Shown here in pieces: positions 42,861 through 57,722 of a stretch of DNA of 64,000 nucleotides. The notes below the pieces were generated by a model. The model was not told the origin of the DNA, ran no database searches, and saw nothing but the letters and a program-made list of their open reading frames with translations. The stretch's first letter is position 1. Every line of letters starts with the position of its first letter. A program made the position numbers and the translations under genes. The stretch lies in assembly GCA_964016885.1 (NCBI GenBank), contig OZ024755.1, forward strand, positions 13,950,001-14,014,000. The letters are read 5' to 3'. Origin of the DNA: Eledone cirrhosa. Taxonomy: Eukaryota.

Positions 42861-43322
42861 TAAATAAAATAACAGGAGGCTGGACTGGTATAAATCCTTG
42901 AAAAGTTTATTATACTATGATCATTTCAATGACCGTGTTCCGTATGAATCCGGTGATTTCATCAGGTATTCGAAATATCTCGGTCAGTCGCCCACTTGAG
43001 GGCGACTGACCGAGGTGAAAGCAGCTAGTTGGTCAGTTGTCCTCTCTGTCTCTGTTTTTTGGACCCATGGATTTTATATATCACCGGATTCATACGGAAC
43101 CCGGTCATTGAAATGATCATAGTATAATAAAATGTTCAAGGAATTACACCAGTCCAGCCTCCTGTTATTTTATTTATAATAATTAACTCTGTATTAGCAC
43201 CACCAACTACACAAACGATGACGGGTGAACTGCACTGCGTTGAATACTCTCCATAATATTACCTCAAGATTGACCATACGGAATGACCAATTCTATCCAG
43301 TGGTGAACCAACAAACCTAAAT

Positions 43323-43337
<15 letters not shown>
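42857..43337 (+). mobile_element. Family C element: about 100-bp inverted repeat, internal hairpin, unique tail
   Basis: Arms about 42857-42957 / 43080-43180; perfect 15-bp hairpin 42979-43014; ends in an A-run plus (TA)n. Confidence 0.75.
42912..42969 (-). ncRNA. Type I hammerhead ribozyme with palindromic stem III
   Basis: ATAC-CTGATGA-AAT-C-ACCG...CGGT-C-ATT-GAA-ATGATCAT-A-GTAT. Confidence 0.8.
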
Positions 43338-43369
<32 letters not shown>

Positions 43370-43372
<3 letters not shown>

Positions 43373-43537
43373 GTAGAATACTGGAAGGTAATATCCGTAG
43401 TGGTAGAGCACTCAGTCCATGGGACGAGTTAGGTAGAAGTGGTTAACCAACGGTTAGTTCACCATACCAAGAACAATTGTTTTTCACCTTAGCGGATCCT
43501 TAGCTCGTAATGGACATGGTTATACGAAACAGTATAA

Positions 43538-43541
<4 letters not shown>
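43370..43541 (-). mobile_element. Short (TA)n-flanked element with terminal hairpin containing an HHR 3' remnant
   Basis: ATGGTTATAC-GAAACA-GTATAACCAT at 43516-43541; about 145-nt unique tail. Confidence 0.5.
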
Positions 43542-43573
<32 letters not shown>

Positions 43574-43707
43574 ACTTAGAGTTTACACTCAATGGGGTCA
43601 TTTACAATTATTTCAGCTCTAAGAATCGCTTCTGAGCAGTATAAATTCATTCTAACCATTTTATTAGTCAATTGCAATTAAAACATGTAAATGTTTATCA
43701 TATATTA

Positions 43708-43765
<58 letters not shown>

Positions 43766-43769
<4 letters not shown>

Positions 43770-43965
43770 ATAAGGATAAATATATATCAAATATATAAGA
43801 ATCGTAAAGCAAATATTTATTAAAATAACAGATTAAAGTTTAAGCAAAGAATCGCTGCTTTCACCCTTAACGGGGTCTTCTGAAACTAGTTAGTTTCAGA
43901 AGATCCCGTTAAGGGTGAAAGCAGCGATTATTTGCTTAAACTTTAATCTGGTATTTTAATAAATA
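43766..43965. mobile_element. Family B element, 75-bp-arm hairpin with an HHR-like core on both strands
   Basis: Arms about 43814-43888 / 43891-43965; (TA)n on both sides. Confidence 0.8.
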
Positions 43966-43966
43966 A

Positions 43967-44189
<223 letters not shown>

Positions 44190-44287
44190 TGTATATATAT
44201 GTATATATACATATTATATTTGTATATTATATATATATTATATATATATATAATATATATTATATATATATATATATATATTATAGA

Positions 44288-44431
44288 GGCGGTGGATTGC
44301 CAATATCGGTAGAGGGTCAGACGACATGCTTTGACGCATAGAGTTACAGCCCTTGCCATTCTGAGTTCAAATCCCGCTGAGGTTAACTTTGCCTTTCATC
44401 CTTACGGGGTCGATAAAATAAAGTACCAGTA
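44288..44431 (+). mobile_element. tRNA-derived SINE, young subfamily
   Basis: ggcggtggattgccaatatcggtagag...ctgagttcaaatcccgctgaggttaactttgcc...aaagtaccagta. Confidence 0.85.
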
Positions 44432-44493
44432 GTAACAATTATATAGATATTATATATATTATATACATTATATATCATTATATATATCATATA

Positions 44494-44535
<42 letters not shown>

Positions 44536-44576
44536 ATATATATATAGGATATATATCATATATATATATGTATATA

Positions 44577-44610
<34 letters not shown>

Positions 44611-44937
44611 GATATGTATCATATATATATATATGTATATATATTATATGTATATAATATATATATGTATATATATACATATATATATATTATGTATATT
44701 ACATATATATATATCATATGTATATCTCATTGATATACATACATGATATATATATATATTATGTATATTGCATATATATATCATATGTATATCATTGATA
44801 TACATATACGATATAGAATATATATATTATATATTATATACTACCTTTATATATATTATATCATTTTTTATGTGATATATATACGATATATATATAACAT
44901 ATATTACATATATGTACATTATATAATTATATATATT

Positions 44938-45012
<75 letters not shown>

Positions 45013-45027
45013 TAAAACATGTCTATA

Positions 45028-45082
<55 letters not shown>

Positions 45083-46043
45083 CATAAATGAAATCTCATT
45101 TTGACAATCAAAAAATTGAAACTAACAAATCTATTTTTGTTTTTGTGTGTCGTGCAATAGTGTGTAAGTGTGGTGTAACCGATAAAGGAATCGAAGAGTG
45201 GAAGTAGAAGAAGGGCTGATCCTACACCATGTCACGGTTTACGGAAGTAATTAATGCTTACATATAGGGTTACTGTTAAACACATTATGGAAATGAAACT
45301 TATAAAATAACGAAATGACGTCAGAGGAAGTAAAGTATGCTAAGATAATGTCTTTTATTAATTACAATTTTCAGTTGTGTATAACAATGAGTTTCCATAT
45401 GTATGTTATCAGTCCATCTATGGTCGCCATCATGCTATAGGCATATCTCGCTATTGATAAAGTCACGTTGCTGGTTTTTAATACATACAGTGTTATGCCA
45501 CAGGGGCATAACTCCTGATTGAGTCGAATGTGACGCCGTAATGATATGCAGCCTGTCTTGGGCATTTAAACCTGCCTTAAATGTTAGCCATTGTGTAAAT
45601 TTTATTAAAGGCACTCAGGAACGTTGTAGTGGTGTTAAACTGAGTGATAGATTAAATATACCGCTCACGTAGGCTACACGGTGATTTGATCTCCAGAAGA
45701 CAAAAATTCGTCCGAGGCTGTAACGATTCAGCTACTCCGACGCCCTGAACTTGTACTCAATGTTTCGACTCAGGTAAAATGAAAATGAAAATTGGTCTCA
45801 GTGACTTTTTAACTTGGAATGCAAGGAGACCCGCTTTTTAATGATTCTAGTTATTCACATTCGGCCTGTTACAGGATCTTCGAGACTGAAGGAAGCAACT
45901 ACGACCCCTGAGTAATTTTAGATTATGTGACTTGTTCCAAACGTTTGTAACAGAGTGAACTCCATTAAAGGCATCAAGGGCTCACATCTTGGTGTTAGAT
46001 TAGCGGACCGAATAATTACACCACGCACGGATAGGGTCATTCC

Positions 46044-46180
46044 ATCCGACAGGCTTCCACAGTCTCCGTCTTCCAAATTTCATTCCAATATAGGCTATGG
46101 TAGATGACACCTATCAAAGATTAGCACGCAGTAGAATCGAACTTGAAATCACATGGTTACGAAGTATACATCTTCACCAT
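46044..46180 (-). mobile_element. Second SINE family, head and body
   Basis: cgacaggcttccacagtctccgtc...ggctatggtagatgacac...aatcgaacttg. Confidence 0.65.
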
Positions 46181-47866
46181 GCACGCGTTACATAGAAGTA
46201 AATTAAGATAATTAGGAATAATTACAGAGATAATAATTCCTCAAAGATGAAACGATAAACGGAGAATATTGTGTCACAGAGCTATTATATTAAGTCTATG
46301 TATATTTATGGTGAGTTATACAAGTGATAGAGACTGTATTCTCAAGTTTATCAGATGTAATCCAGGTGTAATCCAGATGAAATCCAGATAAAAAGATCGC
46401 AATAACCTTAGGACATACTTGATTTGAAAAGACATCTAATTACAATTAACTATATTTAACTGATTCTATCGTCCTTTATTATCTGACTATCATCAAAGTT
46501 CTAGAGCTACATATGGCAAAGTTGATACGATAGAATACGAGGCAACTAATTGGAGAGTCGGCAGTTCAAATCCTCCTGGCAGTACTGCACTATTTTCTGT
46601 ATGTTGATCATTTCTCTCAAGATATTGGCATATGAAGCGGTTCATACAAAATAACCTTCTGATATTTTAATCAACTTCTGCTTTATGTTATTATATGTTT
46701 CTTTAATGTTTGTTTTATATTATTAAATATTATGTTCCTTATTGATATTATGTTTATGTTATATTATCATATGCTTATGCTATCAAATGTTATATTTCTG
46801 TTATCTTTGGGTTATGTTATCAAATAATGATCCTTTCGTTACTGTATTTCTAATGAAAAATAATGCCCCAGAGTGTGTGACCTACATAAATATGGTCGTG
46901 GAACAATAGTCGATACCAACTATCTTATCGCCAAAGGGCAGACCAGTTACCTCGGCACGCCGCCATGAACATCATCAGAAGGAGTATTTAACACAGCCGG
47001 TTTCCCATTACAATTGAAGCCTGTCGTCCTTGTTGATACAGTAGACACTCAAAGGGGATGATCCTTTTCCTGTTCGAATGGAATAAATACACGAATCTGG
47101 GATACCACCTATTACGATGCCAATTTCATTTCTCCGGTGTCAATTTCATTGCCTCAGCCATTCACCTGAACACCGTTGTTCGTAACGCAAAGGACCTGAA
47201 AATAATCATATACCGGGCTTTGGTTGACGGTTTCCTTTTTGCTTTTATAAATGCCTCGACTAAATCGGGTAGTGGGATAGCTGATGCAGTGGGTGTCACT
47301 GGCTTTTCTCAGTGGTAATGCTTTTACCATCTTATCCACAGAGTGCAGCTGACATTTACCATTCCCTCTTCTCTTTTCTCTTTTATTTAATTCCCCCACC
47401 TTATTTTCTTTATTTTCTCTCATCAGCCATTATTTCAATATAGACATACACTTCTCTGTATCACTTAAAATGAAGCATGGGTAGTAAGATTTCATCTTTA
47501 GTCAATAACTATGTAGATTTTAATGACTACAGTCAGGATTTGAAAGTCATTCGAGTAAATAATTTAAAATGTATAAATTACTTTCTCTATTATACTGCTT
47601 ATTCAAATTTATTGTAATGAAAGAGAAATTCACTGATTTCCAAATAGTTTTGAAAATAATAAATAATTTGGATCGATTTAATACAATAACTAACTTTCTC
47701 ATTATTAAGCTGGTATTTGGAGTATAGTTTCACAAAGATTCTTTTTAGATACATATAAACACTTTAAAATATAGTTCTATATCGTGGAGCCAGGAGTGGT
47801 TTCAGGTGGTTTGTATCCAAATACTTGTCTCTGTTATTTTTGTTTCATATTATCTTATATACTCGG

Positions 47867-47968
47867 TCTGAGTTCAAATCCAGCCGAGGTTAACTTTGCC
47901 TTTCATCCTTACGGGATCGATAAACTAAAGTACCAGTAATGCACTGGGTAATTGCTGGCCTTGTATCA
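47867..47968 (+). mobile_element. SINE, 5'-truncated
   Basis: tctgagttcaaatccagccgaggttaactttgcc...gtaccagtaatgcactgggtaattgctggccttgt. Confidence 0.8.
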
Positions 47969-50352
47969 ATTATCTTATATAGCAATTTAAGAAGTTAATG
48001 TGGAAGATATACTCAACGATAATATGAAAGAATACTGGTAGAATATCCCAGTGCAAACATTTTTGGTCAAAACTGACGAGACATAATTATGTGGAAGTGA
48101 GTCAAGAAACTGTGCATTATAGTGGTGTTAATTTTTTAAAATTTTGTGACTCTGTAAGATTTAAAACAAAGCTCTATATTGAAAAATAGAAATATTAAAG
48201 ATATGGCCGTCTTTACCTGAACGGCTATCATAATGTATAATATAGAACATGATTTGTTTTAAGAAGGCTAAGACAATGCAAAATGGACTGTAAAATTTAG
48301 TTTAAATGAATGCAACGAAGAAGTTTGTGTGTTGGTATTTATTAGTTTTTTTTACGTTTTACCCTGAGAGTTTCCCACACTCTGACAAGGGTATTTTTAA
48401 TCCCCGAAATATTAGGACGGAAAATATATAAATGCCAGGTATCACACAAGCACCTTCGTTGCCTACATTTAAACTAAATTTTAAAATCCATTTCGCATTA
48501 TCTTATATATTATACACAATGCTTCAAGCAAACTACAACATTCTTTGCTTATAACAATACACATTTACGTTAAGACACCCACATATCAAATTTGCCCATG
48601 TTTCGTATTTCAACACGATGTTTACAAAAGAAAACATTTGAGACGAACTAATGGGGAATGTGTAGATAATATTGTATGCAGACTATAACTTCAGATTCGT
48701 ACCTGTGATTATTGGTGCATTTTGGTGTGTAACATTCTTTCGGCATTAATAGTAAGACGTTAACCAGGGAGGACGTGACTAATTAGAAATCTTTAATTAT
48801 AAGATATTAATTAAACTGTAAACTTTCGTAAAATAATCCAGAAGTCTATCCTGTACACATGTATAAATATACATATATATGTGTTTAGGTATATATATAT
48901 ATCAAACTCAGATTCACTCACGCAATGAAACATACATCCATGACTGCATAAATAGTTCCATACATACATACATACATACATACATACATACATACATACA
49001 TACATACATACATACATACGTATGTAGATACATAGATACACATATATACATATATACATACATGCATACATAGATACACATACACACATAGATACATACA
49101 TAAATACATACATACACACATACGTATATAGATACATAGATACACATACACACATAGATACATAAATACATATATACATACATACATACATACATGCATA
49201 CATAAATACATATATACATACATTCTCGCAGCTCATATATATATATAAACATCACCTCTAAAATAAATGAGAATCTGAGTGCCTAGAGATAGTTGAACTT
49301 CGCAATTGATTTAGTCCATACAGTTTTGGCCTCGAGGCCAACGGATCATGAATTTGTAACTCACAGCCAAACTATTTTGACTGTCATTAAAATAAACGGT
49401 GTAGACCTCTGCTGCAAGCAATATTTTCTCATCGCCAACATCACCGCATCATCACAGCATCAAATCATCATCATCATAATGAATCATTAAATCCTCAAGC
49501 AAAGATAGCCGTGTATAATTGATAAATGTTTCTTTTCAATTGCAGTGCTAAACTGAAAAAAATAAAATAATAATAACTCCAACGTGATTGAAACGCCTAG
49601 ATACATTCCTCGCCCGCCCCCACCACCACCACACATCCAAACAATTAATAACGATTGACGAGCAGATGTATTTGATTAGAAAACTCCAAACATTTAATTC
49701 CATTTGTCACACAGAGATATAGGTGTCAGTTAGATAAGTTGTGATCCCTTTTTCAAGTACAATGTAAGTGTTAACAAAAAGGAGGGAGAGAATGGCCGAT
49801 CGTTAAATAGAACTCAAGGAACCTATGTTTCCATTAGCTTTTACATTACTGATAATATCTACCTACCTGACAGGCGTAACTCCTGCGTTTTCTGGTGACA
49901 CGAGGCATGATTTGGTTTCAGAATGCACACAAGGCAACTACTTACTAGAAATACAACAGGCTCTAAGCAACCGTTTAATTTGTTACCTATTACAAAAGAA
50001 ATGGTTAAAAGTAAAAGAAAACCTCATGAGACGCTTCCCTTGAAATTAGAAAATTATTTAGAAGATTTAAAAAAAAAAATTAATATTAAATCCATTAGAG
50101 AAAGATGAAGAAAGAAGAGAGTTAAAGTAAACGAAAAATTGAAACACACGAGAACCCATAACGGAATTTGAACTCAGGACCTAAAGAGCAGGAAGCGAGT
50201 AAAATGATTAAAGTGCTGCAAATATCGAAGCTTGGTTTCAGAAAACTGAAGAAGCGTTATTGATTATCGTGCAAACTGAATGTGAAATTCATCTGAAACT
50301 TAATCAAACTATATATGTATATATGTATGTGTATATATATGTATGTGTATAA

Positions 50353-50395
<43 letters not shown>

Positions 50396-50590
50396 AATAT
50401 ATATATATATATATATTATAAAATATATATATATATATATATATTATAAAATATATATATATATATTATAAAATATATATATATATATTATAAAATATAT
50501 ATATATATATATATATTATAAAATATATACTCTTTTACCTGTTTCAGCCATCCGGCTGAGGCCATGCTGGGGCACCGCCATAAATATATA

Positions 50591-50804
50591 GCGCATGCGC
50601 AGTGCTATCCAACCTTGGCGCATGCGCAGTGGGATCCAACCTCCGCGCATGCGCAGTACGGCCAACCGTCGCGCATGCGCACTACGGTCCAACCTAGGCG
50701 CATGCGCATTACAGTCCAACCTTCGCGCATGCGCAGTGCGGTCCAGCCTTCACACATGCGCAGTGGGATCCAACCGTTGCGCATGCGCAGTACGGTCCAA
50801 CCGT
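50591..50804. repeat. Eight 26-27-bp GC-rich tandem units, each starting with GCGCATGCGCA (NRF1-type motif)
   Basis: 7 of 8 units have an exact GCGCATGCGCA; the rest of each unit varies around ..CCAACC... Confidence 0.9.
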
Positions 50805-51122
50805 AATATTATATATATATATATATATTATAAATATATATATATATATTTATAATATATAATATATATATATATTATATATATGTAGATAAATCTACCA
50901 AAATGTACGGTATAATATATATTTATATATATATATATATTATAAATATATATATATATTATATATTATAAATATATATATATTATATATATATATATTA
51001 TAAATATATATATATATTATATACATATATATATATAATATAATATATATATTATATATATATATATTATATATATATATATTATATAGATATATATTAT
51101 ATATATATATATATTATATATA

Positions 51123-51467
<345 letters not shown>

Positions 51468-51750
51468 TATATAACATATATATATATATATGTGTGTGTG
51501 TGTTTGTATATATATAATCATATATAAATATATATAATATATATATCATATATATAATCATATATATATATTATATAAATATCATATATATATATATCAT
51601 CTATATATATATGATATATATATGTATATATGTATATATGTATATATATATATATATAATATATAGATGATATGTATATATATTATTATATATATGATAT
51701 ATATATAATATATATATTATATATATATTTATATGATTATATATATACAA

Positions 51751-51793
<43 letters not shown>

Positions 51794-52189
51794 ATATATA
51801 TATTATATATATATATAAGTTACAAACAATGAAATAAAAGTTCAAGTCATTAGAAATATACTTCACTAACCGTGGATATTTATGTGTATATATATATACA
51901 TATATATGTTTCTATATATACACATATATATATACACATACACATACATATATACATATATAGTTTGACTATGTCTCATGACATATATATAGATGATATA
52001 TATATATTATTATATATATGAATTATATATAAAGTATATATATGATTATATTATTGGTATATATATAATACATATATATATAGTATATATATTATATATA
52101 TATATATGATTATATATATATATAAAAACACACACGCATATATATATATGTAAAAGGTAAATAGAAATAACAACACAATCGATAAAATA

Positions 52190-52255
<66 letters not shown>

Positions 52256-52319
52256 TATATATATATTTATATATATATATATATACTATATATATATGTT
52301 ATATATATATATTATATAT

Positions 52320-52360
<41 letters not shown>

Positions 52361-52471
52361 CGTATATACACATACATATATATACACATACACATACATA
52401 TATATACACATACATATACACATACACATACATATATACATATATATATATAGTTTATATATATATGTATA

Positions 52472-52815
<344 letters not shown>

Positions 52816-52827
52816 AATATCCTTAAC

Positions 52828-52858
<31 letters not shown>

Positions 52859-53086
52859 ACAGTACCCCCTTCCCTCATAAATCTCTCATTTGGTGTTTTT
52901 CTCTTCTTCACCTTCCGCTCTTTCTTTTTCTTTTTCTTCCTTCTTTTTCTTTTTTCTTTTTTCTTTTTTCTCCGTCTTTCTTTCTAACTGTCCTTAACAT
53001 TTTCACTACCATAACAACTTTTTAAATGGAAGTTGTAAAATTGTTTAAGGTATGTCAAATTTATTTATAAAACTGTTCATATATTG

Positions 53087-53152
53087 TATTTTGTCTGAAG
53101 AGGGCATACCATATTTTTAATATGATATCCCTGAAATATATATAATGAAATA
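53087..53152 (+). ncRNA. Type I hammerhead ribozyme in a (TA)n-flanked element (about 52812-53283)
   Basis: TATTTTGT-CTGAAGA-GGG-C-ATA-c-CATATT(TTT)AATATG-a-TAT-C-CCT-GAA-ATATATAT-A-ATGAAATA. Confidence 0.7.
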
Positions 53153-53279
53153 AATATGGTTTTATAAATGAAGTTTCCATTTGTTTAATATCGTAAAATA
53201 CGCCAAAATCTGTTGAGTGCTTTTATATCAGTTATAAAATATTTACTCGTTGTAACCCAACAATTTTAAATAAAACTTT

Positions 53280-53334
<55 letters not shown>

Positions 53335-53448
53335 TATATATATATATATATATATGCTATATATACATATATTATATATATATATGGTATATATATGGTA
53401 TATATATACGTATATATATACGTATATATATACGTATATATATACGTA

Positions 53449-53536
<88 letters not shown>

Positions 53537-53540
<4 letters not shown>

Positions 53541-53727
53541 AACAAGTAGGACCCCGACGGCTGAGCTCAAGCTGTTTCGACGGCTAATTATGGACTGAAT
53601 TAGCCGTCGAAATGGCTTGAGCTCAGCCGTCGGGGTCCTACTCGTTCCTATTACCCACTCTACTACCCTAAGTATTGAGTACTTTGGTGCGTTATGGGCC
53701 ACCTGGTTCCTTACCACATTTCCTCCG

Positions 53728-53729
<2 letters not shown>
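53537..53729 (+). mobile_element. Family A element with 53-bp-arm hairpin plus tail
   Basis: Arms 53537-53589 / 53598-53650; same ends as 51223-51339. Confidence 0.85.
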
Positions 53730-53791
<62 letters not shown>

Positions 53792-53911
53792 GTATATATA
53801 AATATATATACGTATATATATATATACGTATATATAAATATATATATATATACGTATATATATATATATACGTATATATATACGTATATATATATATGGT
53901 ATATATATACG

Positions 53912-53957
<46 letters not shown>

Positions 53958-54011
53958 TATGTATACATATATTTTATATCTATATATATATTATATAAAT
54001 ATATGTGTTAT

Positions 54012-54083
<72 letters not shown>

Positions 54084-54277
54084 ATATATATGTGTGTGTT
54101 TGTGTATATATATATATGATAGAAAGAGAGAACTTTACTGAAGTTCAACATCTTATTTCGTGTAATTATTGCCTAGTCAATCAAGAAAAGTTTCTGACTC
54201 TCAGTAACCGGCTTTTATCTTGTTAATGAGGATGGAAAAATCAATATTAAAAAGGACATTGATACAGCACATATATT

Positions 54278-54397
<120 letters not shown>

Positions 54398-54509
54398 ATA
54401 TATATATATACATATATGCGTGTGTGTGCGCCTGTGTCTATATTTTCATGGCATTCACATGTTAATGAAAATATTCATAAATATACATTACAACATCTAT
54501 ATTCATAGT

Positions 54510-54553
<44 letters not shown>

Positions 54554-55099
54554 CATACATAAAATCATGCATACAATAAGAAGGAATATTAAGATACATA
54601 AATCTGTTAACCTTTCTCCATCACTGTCGCTCTCTCTCACGCTCTCTCTCTCTTTCTCTCTATCTCTTAATCCTCACTTTCTCACTCTCTCGCTCTCCTT
54701 CTCTTTTACACACTCGATCGGACTCTTTTGCTCTCCTCTTTCACACACTCTATCTGACTCTCGCCTGTGTAATAAATAGTCAATTGTTTCAACTGACGAT
54801 AACATAAATATGGATATACGGGAATTATATATATGTCTCTGTATACATTACAGTATATATTACTAGTAATAGTTACCTTTCTCAGAAAGAGAACTCAATA
54901 CATAATTAGAGTGTATATGTTTATTGAAACTATAGAAGGTAGAATGTATCACAATTGATACATTGTTTTATTCCTGTAGAAGATATTTCTATATGAAAGA
55001 AATGCATACCTTCTCCGGAAAACATTTCGTAATTATATGTATATATTTAATATAGAAATGACTTCTACAGGTCTAGAACTGTTTCATTCCCGAATGAAT

Positions 55100-55201
55100 G
55101 GGAACCGGGGAGCCAATAATAGTAGGAATATATATATATGTTTTATACATATATATAAAACATATATATATATTCCTATTATTATTGGCTCCCCGGTTCC
55201 C
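55100..55201. repeat. 102-bp palindrome with a TA-rich centre, adjoining a family D HHR 3' half (55041-55099, -)
   Basis: GGGAACCGGGGAGCCAATAATAGTAGGAATA... mirrored, with one mismatch in the 48-bp arms. Confidence 0.9.
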
Positions 55202-55904
55202 GAACGTATAGTTTCATGGTTGTATATCTTCTGTTAGTACACGTACATCATCGATTTTCTGGCCAGTGATAGTTTGGTTGTTTTTGTAATCCTGAGATAT
55301 TTATGAGTGGACACTTGAATCTCCTGCAATCTCTCAGACTAGTTATAGTTAATTCACGTTAGTTTACCGCTTAGCGTTAGATTTTATTTTAAATGTTCAT
55401 ACCTCTTATATTATTAGTTATAACCAGCGAATTAGCAGAGTCGTTAGAACGACGTATAGAAATCTTTACGGTATTCGTTCGTGTGCTCGCCACACGGTGA
55501 GTTCTGATCCCGCCGAGATCAACTTTAATCGAAGACGATTCTCCACAGCCCCACACACACCCTTTCTCTCTCCTCTATCCCACCTCTCTCTCTCTCTCTC
55601 TCTCTGCGGAAGAAATCAACTGTGTTCAGATCTCGAAAGTTTAAAATGTCTAAGACACGCTGTATGTCACAAAGGCATCCCCTATGACTCCATCAAGAGT
55701 TTCGGATCCAAAAAGAAATACATACATCATTATAATTAAAGGATAGGAAGGATGTTTCTGGTTTCGTGATATTTCTTGTGAAGGTAAAGAACCAGTCAAC
55801 TCATAGTATTATATAGTGATACTGACTCGTGTTTTACTTCAATTTGTATGACCACACAAACCACGCGCGTATGCACACAAATATCCACAAATATCCACAT
55901 ATCA

Positions 55905-55992
<88 letters not shown>

Positions 55993-56069
55993 ATATATAT
56001 ATATATAGGGATATATATATATATATGTATATATCTATCTATCTATATCTATCTATATATATATATATA

Positions 56070-56228
56070 TAATATATAGTAAGAAACACAGTAAACCGTG
56101 TGTCTAAAATTACAAGGGTTGAAAAACCACACGGTTTACTGTGTTTCTTACTATATATTATTAATCGGCTCAGTATTTATACTTTGAGCTTAATAGTTAC
56201 AGGGTTCCAATTGAGTTTTAACTCTAAT

Positions 56229-56232
<4 letters not shown>
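56070..56232 (+). mobile_element. Short (TA)n-flanked element: 33-bp inverted repeat, HHR 3' half, tail
   Basis: Arms 56070-56102 / 56128-56160; GAA-AAACC(ACAC)GGTTT-A gives a 5-bp stem III and a UUA triplet. Confidence 0.7.
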
Positions 56233-56296
<64 letters not shown>

Positions 56297-57306
56297 TCAT
56301 GCATACAGAGAGAGGGAGAGTGTATACATATATAGATATTATATATATATATAGGTGTGTGCCCACACATTTTGCCTCTATCACTCTATATCACTTGCTT
56401 TCTATCTATTCTCGTATTCAATCCCTCTATCATCCTCGCCGTTACAGTTACACAGACCATACATATAAACACACACACAAATATAAAACCTCCCACACCA
56501 TACATATACAAAAATACACAGACATAAAACCACCCACATATTACATATAAACACACACAGATACATACAACAACCCACAGCATACATATAAATACACACA
56601 ACCAAACAGAAACGATATATTTATCCTAAACAACAAATTTGATTTACAATCGAGCAACGTTTTACGGTAGAAGTTACTTATTATGTTCTCTTCATTAAAC
56701 CACTAATAGGTGATTATTAAGATACATAGCTTACACTGTTATTTGGTAGAGGCGTTACCGACTGTACGCTCATATATATTCATATATACTTATATATACA
56801 TACATAGATGTATGTGAGCGTGTGTATCTGTGTGTGTGTGTGTGTATATACACACACACACACATATATATATTCTTTCTCCAGACTCCATCAATTAGCA
56901 ATGTGTTTCAATAATGAGACAGTAAAGCCATACTGTAAAAGGACTGTATTCTTGCAGCAACATCAATAGCAGAAAACTGTTAATGTGACAGTGGTAGAAT
57001 GATTGATGCCGGCGATAGCGATTGTGATGATCCTGAGATTGGTAGTAGTGCTGGGGAGGTGATGGGGTCTCGGTGGTAGTGGTGGTGGTTGGGGGATGGT
57101 GGGGTTCGGTGGAGGTTGGTGTTAATGAAAGATGGTGCCGGTGGTGTTAATTGTGGTTTTCTTACTTGTACATACAATCCTTATTGGTTGTGGGTATGAA
57201 ATGTATGGTTACTATTTATTGCCAAATATTATGAGTTCCATAATATACAAGAATATGAATTCACTTATACACTTACATGCATTCATACACGGGCGTACAA
57301 TTGCGC

Positions 57307-57414
<108 letters not shown>

Positions 57415-57598
57415 ATATGTATATATGTGTGTGAATGTGTGTTTATATATGTATGTATGTGCATATATATAGATATAATATATATATACAAAACCATGTT
57501 ATATTTCTATTAGAAGTCATTTCTATTTATTCCTTACAGCCTTTCCAAATCTCAATTTGCTTTAATAAATATTTCTTATTCTCGCATATGTTCATCTC

Positions 57599-57671
<73 letters not shown>

Positions 57672-57685
57672 TTATATATATATAT

Positions 57686-57722
<37 letters not shown>

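Noticed and set aside
44288-44380. tRNA genes
   Set aside because: The A/B boxes belong to SINE heads; no cloverleaf, and they continue into SINE bodies.
47058-47318. Non-repetitive 86-aa ORF
   Set aside because: No recognisable domain or clear splice signals; may be decayed TE sequence.
50591-50804. CRISPR-like repeat/spacer array
   Set aside because: Repeat is only 11 bp, the spacers are homologous to each other, there are no cas genes and the context is eukaryotic.
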